DNA from: Candidatus Nitrospira inopinata
Lineage (GTDB): Bacteria; Nitrospirota; Nitrospiria; Nitrospirales; Nitrospiraceae
NCBI RefSeq assembly: GCF_001458695.1
Contig: NZ_LN885086.1
Location: 3,030,001 to 3,062,000, forward strand
Direction: 5' to 3'
DNA length: 32,000 bases
Below are positions 27,040-32,000 of this stretch, in pieces (position 1 is the stretch's first letter; every line of letters starts with the position of its first letter). The notes under the pieces were generated by a model. That model made no database searches. It was not told where the DNA came from and saw only the letters and a list, made by a program, of their open reading frames with translations. Both the position numbers and the translations under genes were made by a program.

Positions 27040-28976
27040 CCATTCCTCTCCCCTCGACTCCTTTTCCTGATGATCTCCCTCACCGTCCCAACATCACCTG
27101 GCTACCGACCCATCACGACCTCTTTCTGGTCATGGAAGCTTCGGAAGACGCTCTCTTTGTCACGGACCAAGACGGCAGTATTCTCTTCCTCAATCCCGCC
27201 GCCCGGCGGTTGATCGGAAGCAATCAGAACGCATTAGGGTATAACCTGCACGACCTCTTTCACCGTGTTGCACGTCATGGGGAACCTAGCGAGGCGTGCC
27301 CTTTGCAGGTTGCCGTCTCTTCCGGGCAAGTCACCGTGCTGCCGCCTTACCGATGGACCAGGCCCGATGGCGCCGCTCTGGATCTGTCCGCCACCTACTG
27401 GCCTCGCCGAAAGGGGATGACCGTGATCGGAGCCCTGGCGGTGATGCACAATCTGACCGAGCAACAAGAAATGCAGCGGGACATTCAACGAGTCGCCCGT
27501 CTCGCCGAGGACGCCCCCAATCCCATTGCCGAATTCGACGAAAGCGGTACGATGCTCTACGCCAACACCGCCACGATCGAGTTGATGAACGCAGCCGGCA
27601 ACCACGGCGATTCTATCCTCTCGATCTTTCCACCCCAGCTTGAGCAAATCATCCTCTCGTGCCTCGATGGCAATCAGCCCAACGGACGGTACGAGCATGC
27701 TCTTGATCATATGGTGCTTGCCTGGACTTTTTTCCCCATCGGCGATCTCCGGCAGGTTCGAGCCTACGGAGTGGACATCACCGCCAGCGTGGCGCTCCGC
27801 AAGGCAAAGGAATCAGCCGAAGAATCGGCCAAAGCCAAGGGTCTCTTCCTCGCCACCATGAGCCATGAGCTGCGGACGCCGATGAACGGCGTCTTGGGTT
27901 GCACCAGGCTGCTGCAAGACACCGCCCTCACACCTCAGCAACAAGAATTGATCGTCACCATGCAACGGTCGGCCGAAGCCCTGCTCGCGTTGGTCAACGA
28001 CATCCTCGACTTCTCGAAAATCGAGGCGGGCAAGATGACGCTTGAAGTGGCCGACGTCGATCTCCGTTCGCTGGTCAAGGATGTGATTACACTGGTCTCG
28101 GAATTGGCCAGACAAAAGGGATTGACGCTGACAAGCGAGGTTCATGAAAACGTGCCTCCTCTCTTCCGTGGAGATCCGGTGCGGCTCAGACAGATTCTCC
28201 TCAATCTGGTCGGCAACGCCATTAAGTTCACCGAACGGGGGGAAGTCGGCATCACCGTCGGCATGGATCCGGCCTCCTCTCCAGAGGCGGAGCACGTCGT
28301 CATCAGGTGGACCATACAGGACACCGGCATCGGGATGACCAAAGAGCAATTGGACCGACTGTTTCAAGCCTATGTCCAAGCCGACGCTTCGATGACACGG
28401 CGCTTCGGCGGAACAGGCTTGGGCCTGATGATTTGCCGCCAACTCGTCACCATGATGGGCGGAACCATTTCCGTGGAGAGCGAGCCGGGGAAGGGAAGCA
28501 CCTTTACCTACACCACGAATCTGTTGCCGGCCATTCAGCGCACGACTCCAGTTTCTGCAGATATCGACTCGACCATTCAAACCGCAGCCTCACAACTGCC
28601 GCGGCGGATCTTGGTCGTTGACGACAACGAAATCAACCAGGTCGTTGCCTGCAAATTCCTTCAAAAACTCGGCTATCAAGTCGAGGTTGCGCGGAACGGA
28701 AACGACGCGATCGAATCATTGGCACGGGCCAACTATGACGCCGTCCTCATGGATTGCGAAATGCCCGTTATGGACGGATACGAAGCCGCGCGGTGTATCA
28801 GAAAAAAAGAGGCGGAACAGAGGTCTCTTCGTCTCCCCATCATCGCCATGACGGGAAACGTATCCGTTGAGGATGCCCGGCAATGCAAGGAAGCCGGCAT
28901 GGACGAGGTGGTCACCAAGCCGGTGTCGTTGACCTCCCTCCGGGCGGCTCTCGATCACTTGTTGCGCACCACTTAA
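27036..28976 (+). CDS. Cytoplasmic PAS-PAS hybrid sensor histidine kinase with C-terminal receiver
   Basis: No TM segment. It has two PAS-like regions, H-box MSHELRTPMNGV, N-box LLNLVGNAIKFT, G-boxes DTGIGM and GGTGLGLMICRQLV, and a receiver ILVVDDNEINQ...VLMDCEMPVMDG...KP. I prefer the start ATG at 27036, which overlaps the upstream stop as ATGA; the track start is 26994. Confidence 0.9.
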   Translation: MTIPLPSTPFPDDLPHRPNITWLPTHHDLFLVMEASEDALFVTDQDGSILFLNPAARRLIGSNQNALGYNLHDLFHRVARHGEPSEACPLQVAVSSGQVTVLPPYRWTRPDGAALDLSATYWPRRKGMTVIGALAVMHNLTEQQEMQRDIQRVARLAEDAPNPIAEFDESGTMLYANTATIELMNAAGNHGDSILSIFPPQLEQIILSCLDGNQPNGRYEHALDHMVLAWTFFPIGDLRQVRAYGVDITASVALRKAKESAEESAKAKGLFLATMSHELRTPMNGVLGCTRLLQDTALTPQQQELIVTMQRSAEALLALVNDILDFSKIEAGKMTLEVADVDLRSLVKDVITLVSELARQKGLTLTSEVHENVPPLFRGDPVRLRQILLNLVGNAIKFTERGEVGITVGMDPASSPEAEHVVIRWTIQDTGIGMTKEQLDRLFQAYVQADASMTRRFGGTGLGLMICRQLVTMMGGTISVESEPGKGSTFTYTTNLLPAIQRTTPVSADIDSTIQTAASQLPRRILVVDDNEINQVVACKFLQKLGYQVEVARNGNDAIESLARANYDAVLMDCEMPVMDGYEAARCIRKKEAEQRSLRLPIIAMTGNVSVEDARQCKEAGMDEVVTKPVSLTSLRAALDHLLRTT

Positions 28977-29575
28977 GTCGGCGCGAACTAATTGCTTGAA
29001 CAGAACTTTGGCACGCCATCTCTTCCGGTCATGACGTATGAGGCCTGATGTTTTTCAGCTCGATGAACGGCAGAGCGTGCCCGCCGATTGAATCTCCTTG
29101 CCATGGACACGCTCTGTTTCAGGTCAAAAATCTGGCGGGGATTTCGGATGTCGACTGGCCACCCTGCAGAATTATTAAGTTGGCGCCCCGCTCTTTCAGG
29201 AAAGGGGCAATCCGGCCACTGCCCTCGGCTCCCTGCGCAACCGCCTTCAAGATCATCATCCAGGTGGATTGAACAAACACTCCAGAGTCAACGGCAACGA
29301 GCATCCGCCATCCTTGAGAAAGAGTGAGCGTTCCCTCTCTTTTAACTTCTCTCTATCACACACGATCCAAGCTCATCCCTTCAAAAATGATAGAGGTGCG
29401 TTTCCGTAACATAAACCACAAAAGCAGGCGGGCAATCGACGGGAAGGATGAAGATGACTCCTTCGAAAAAGATAGCACCTCGGAGGGAAAACGGAACACG
29501 GGACACCATTCACCTGGCGTCACTTTTATCGGACTGCTTCGCAGTCTTTTCACTCACACTTAATCACGCTGACGT

Positions 29576-29677
29576 TCAGTACTGTTGGATGCCCAGCATG
29601 TTCGTAATCATTGCGACGATTCCAAAAACAACTCCCATGACAACGACCCCGTAAATCACCAACTTAATGTGGTCCAT
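29576..29677 (-). CDS. Candidate 33-aa hydrophobic single-TM peptide (below the ORF-track size cutoff)
   Basis: Hand translation gives MDHIKLVIYGVVVMGVVFGIVAMITNMLGIQQY then TGA. A perfect AGGAGG (29689-29684) lies 6 nt upstream of the ATG (29677-29675). Confidence 0.45.
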   Translation of the reverse strand: MDHIKLVIYGVVVMGVVFGIVAMITNMLGIQQY

Positions 29678-29743
29678 GTAACTCCTCCTTTGATGGTTGG
29701 GTAAAAAACTGGTGCCTTCAATACCATTGACGAAGCAAGAGTG

Positions 29744-29857
29744 TCAAGATTTTCGTTTTGACAACCGCCCTCTGATGAATCTCTTCTGTGTCCGTTCCAT
29801 GAAGCAATTGAAGCCGCCCTTTACTCTATCTCCAACAAAGATCTCCGCCATGGTCAT
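29744..29857 (-). CDS. Candidate 37-aa basic peptide ORF
   Basis: MTMAEIFVGDRVKGGFNCFMERTQKRFIRGRLSKRKS, the internal-ATG version of track ORF 29744-29938. GGAGG lies 8 nt upstream of the ATG. Coding status is uncertain. Confidence 0.25.
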   Translation of the reverse strand: MTMAEIFVGDRVKGGFNCFMERTQKRFIRGRLSKRKS

Positions 29858-30063
29858 GGGTACCCCCTCCGGGAGGGTGCGGAGTCGCTTACTAGCACCT
29901 CCCTCGCACACAAACCACGATCCCCTTAACCTCAGCAATCCGTCATCTCAAACTAAAGAATTTTCGAACGGTCTCAAAAGGGCGCTGTTGCACATACTCG
30001 CAGAGGAAGCCTTGTTTTTCAGAGCGTTGGTGTCAAATCGACAGACTTGCTTTTTACGGACGG

Positions 30064-30288
30064 CTAAAAAGTATCCATATCAATGACTTCTGTTGCCTCC
30101 CATAGGTTCTTCCACTCGGCTTCGGCCAGGGCTTTATCCCGATCGTCCTCCGTGTCGTCGCCGAACCGATGGGAAGATTGAGTCTCATGACTCACCGGTT
30201 GACTAGAGCCCTCTGAGGGGGACGTGTTATTCACAGAGAAGCGCGGCCGTTTGTTCTCCGGATCTAAATTGACAGGCATGTCGGTCAC
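30064..30288 (-). CDS. Hypothetical small acidic protein (about 71-74 aa)
   Basis: ORF MTDMPVNLDPENKRPRFSVNNTSPSEGSSQPVSHETQSSHRFGDDTEDDRDKALAEAEWKNLWEATEVIDMDTF. The N-terminus looks disordered and the C-terminus is a short amphipathic stretch. The RBS is weak and I recognise no family. Confidence 0.35.
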   Translation of the reverse strand: MTDMPVNLDPENKRPRFSVNNTSPSEGSSQPVSHETQSSHRFGDDTEDDRDKALAEAEWKNLWEATEVIDMDTF

Positions 30289-30398
30289 CCTTCATTCGTT
30301 TTTTCTTCCAGACCTCTTGGCGATTCGATTTGACGACTCGATCGATGGACGTCGATCGTACCTTACTTGCTCACCAAGCCGCGATTTTTTCGAAGCAA

Positions 30399-32000
30399 TC
30401 ATACCAGTTTCACCACCGTTACTCCATCGCCCCCTTCAGTCCGATCACCGGAGCGAAAACTCGCCACGTATGGAGAACCGCTCAGGTATTCGCGCAAGAC
30501 GGATTTGAGCCGACCCGTGCCATGGCCGTGGATGATGCGGAGAAAGGAGGCTTGGCCCAACACGGCACGATCCAATGCCGCGATGACTTGATCAAGCGCG
30601 TCGTCAGCCGCCTGTCCCCTCACGTCCACGACCGCGTCGGTATCGGCACTTGCCTCTAAACCAATCGGAACCTGCGGCCTCCGCCCCGTCGATGACATAG
30701 ATGACATATCTGAAGCCCCGCCATCGGTTTGACGCGAGAGACCGGTCAAGCCTGAGACGGCCGCCACTATCTCTCCATCCCCGACTTTGACGCGCACGCG
30801 CTTTTTCCCCTGCGGCGACTCAAGCAAACGCCCGATCATGCCCAGCCCGACGATTTCCACTGTATCACCGACCTTGAGCCGCTCGACCGGAATAGGCTCG
30901 CCAATCGGTGCAACCTCGCGTCTCACCCGCTCTTCTATCTCACTCAGCCGCTGCTTCGCTTCCTTCGCCTTGACGAGCTTCTGTTCCCGCTTGATGGCGT
31001 CGACCGTCGCCTGAACTTCCGCGCGCGCCCGCTGGAGATGCTCGCCCAGTTTTTTTCGCAGCCCCTTGCGGACCTCCCCTTCGGTCTGCTCCAGTTGTGC
31101 TTGCAGCGCCTTGGCTTCGGCCGCCGCCTGTTCGGATTCGACTCTCGCCCGTCTCGCCCGTTCGATCTCCTCGGCCAACTGCCGCTGTTTCAGTTGCAAG
31201 TCCGCCATCAACCGTTCGAGTCGCCGATCGTCTTGCCGCAATCGCCGCCGCGCATCGTTCAAAATCGCCTCATCCATGCCGAGCCGACCGGCAATCTCCA
31301 AAGCCGACGAGCTTCCCGGGATGCCCAGGAAGAGCCGATACGTCGGAGCCAGCCGTTCAACGTCGAATCCCACGCTGGCATTGGCGAACCCGGGCGTCGT
31401 CTGAGCCAACTCTTTGAGGAGTCCATAGTGCGTGGTCGCCACGACTTTCATACCCAAGGCCGCCAGACGACAGAGCACCGCTCCGGCCAGGGCCGCCCCC
31501 TCTTCGGGATCAGTCGAGGTCACCGGTTCATCCAGCAAAACCAACGATCTCGGCGCCTGCGGCTCAAGGCTCTCGCCATGCTTACCCCTCTCGGACAGAA
31601 GCTCGACGATCTGCAGGATATGAGCGGAGAAGCTGGAGAGGTCACGGCTGATATCCTGCGCGTCTCCGATGTCGGCATGACACTCCGTGAACAGAGCCAT
31701 CTCGGATTCCGGCGCGCACGGCAAGTGGAGCCCGGCCCGCGCCATCAGCGAATAGAGGCCGACGATTTTGAGCGTAACGGTTTTGCCGCCGGTGTTGGGA
31801 CCCGAAATGACGAGAACTCGAACCGTCTCGTCCGCGATGATGTCGTTCGGCACCACTTCCTCTCTGGCGACCATGAGCAGGGGATGCCGCGCTTGTTTCA
31901 ACACGACACGCCCCTCGGCGTTGAGTGCGACCGGGCTGCATTTCAATCGACGACTCAATCCGGCTTTTGCTTGGATACAGTCCCACTCGGCGAGCCGCTC
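30399..32000 (-). CDS. mutS2: Endonuclease MutS2 (C-terminal about 530 aa; N-terminus outside the window)
   Basis: RHPLL motif, Walker A ISGPNTGGKTV, Walker B LVLLDEP, a long coiled-coil and a C-terminal Smr domain (VDVRGQAADDALDQV...LRIIHGHGTGRLKSVLREYL). The frame stays open to base 32000, so the track TTG start at 31958 is not the real start. Confidence 0.9.
   Translation of the reverse strand, partial: ERLAEWDCIQAKAGLSRRLKCSPVALNAEGRVVLKQARHPLLMVAREEVVPNDIIADETVRVLVISGPNTGGKTVTLKIVGLYSLMARAGLHLPCAPESEMALFTECHADIGDAQDISRDLSSFSAHILQIVELLSERGKHGESLEPQAPRSLVLLDEPVTSTDPEEGAALAGAVLCRLAALGMKVVATTHYGLLKELAQTTPGFANASVGFDVERLAPTYRLFLGIPGSSSALEIAGRLGMDEAILNDARRRLRQDDRRLERLMADLQLKQRQLAEEIERARRARVESEQAAAEAKALQAQLEQTEGEVRKGLRKKLGEHLQRARAEVQATVDAIKREQKLVKAKEAKQRLSEIEERVRREVAPIGEPIPVERLKVGDTVEIVGLGMIGRLLESPQGKKRVRVKVGDGEIVAAVSGLTGLSRQTDGGASDMSSMSSTGRRPQVPIGLEASADTDAVVDVRGQAADDALDQVIAALDRAVLGQASFLRIIHGHGTGRLKSVLREYLSGSPYVASFRSGDRTEGGDGVTVVKLV

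Noticed and set aside
29009-29023. TGGCAC motif as a sigma-54 -24 element downstream of the kinase gene
   Set aside because: The sequence is TGGCACGCCATCTCT. The -12 position lacks the required GC (TTGC), so it does not fit GG-N10-GC. Other GG/GC candidates near nirK (21762-21777), the cytochrome c gene and the HD-GYP gene were each off by 1-2 nt.
29448-29654. 68-aa plus-strand ORF (MKMTPSKKIAPRRENG...) antisense to the 33-aa peptide ORF
   Set aside because: Its C-terminal half (...IIATIPKTTPMTTTP) is simply the antisense reading of a hydrophobic helix. The minus-strand ORF has the far better RBS. It is kept only as a possible antisense transcript, not as a protein.
29049-30022. 10-nt direct repeat TGTTTTTCAG (29049-29058 and 30013-30022) as possible insertion-site duplication flanking the island
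   Set aside because: A 10-mer repeat is expected many times by chance in 32 kb. The copies do not sit at the compositional boundaries, and no mobility gene lies between them.
29697-30086. 129-aa plus-strand ORF in the low-GC island
   Set aside because: It has a TTG start without an RBS and heterogeneous, non-protein-like composition. It also overlaps the better-supported minus-strand elements.
30339-30358. Palindrome CGATCGA-TGGACG-TCGATCG just downstream of mutS2 as its terminator
   Set aside because: It is a 7-bp stem, but no U-tract follows on the minus strand (AGTCGTCAAATCG). This is insufficient for an intrinsic-terminator call.
1-32000. Scan for rRNA, tRNA, CRISPR arrays, IS elements, integrases and known defense genes
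   Set aside because: I found no T-loop/cloverleaf-like segments, no regularly spaced direct repeats, no terminal inverted repeats with a transposase ORF, and no recognisable defense-system domains. The HD phosphohydrolase (19206-20624) belongs to a family that includes anti-phage dNTPases. However, it sits in a housekeeping context, so I do not call it a defense gene.

Overview
High-GC (about 60% by hand counts of typical rows) chromosomal window from a Gram-negative bacterium. The gene content (nirK, lpxI-type lipid A pathway) fits a Nitrospira-like nitrite-metabolising lineage, but taxon is inference only; no search was run. Layout: (1) 1-13815, one minus-strand outer-membrane biogenesis supercluster: bamA, two OmpH/Skp paralogs, fabZ, lpxA, lpxI, a Gfo/Idh/MocA oxidoreductase, lpxB, msbA, a DUF374 acyltransferase (apparently frameshifted in an A9 run), waaA, lpxK and a partial GT9 heptosyltransferase, several with overlapping stop/start codons. 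(2) 14.1-20.6 kb, plus-strand housekeeping genes galU (apparently leaderless, behind a near-consensus promoter), lon, thiL, DUF2062 and an HD phosphohydrolase. (3) 20.6-29.0 kb, the accessory-looking part: a membrane-anchored Cys4 hypothetical protein, then divergently nirK, a signal-peptide-bearing truncated hemoglobin and a secreted cytochrome c. These are followed by a sigma-54 activator with a non-phosphorylatable receiver, a degenerate HD-GYP protein and a PAS hybrid histidine kinase. (4) 28977-30398, a low-GC (38-45% in the rows I counted), ORF-poor island holding only small candidate ORFs below the ORF-track cutoff and a possible gene remnant. (5) 30399-32000, partial mutS2. I recognised no rRNA, tRNA, CRISPR array, transposase or integrase. 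I see no classic defense-type multi-gene system. The best candidates for something undescribed are the predicted periplasmic NirK / truncated-hemoglobin / cytochrome c nitric-oxide module with its atypical signalling cassette, and the small-ORF island. All functional calls rest on motifs read by eye from the supplied translations.
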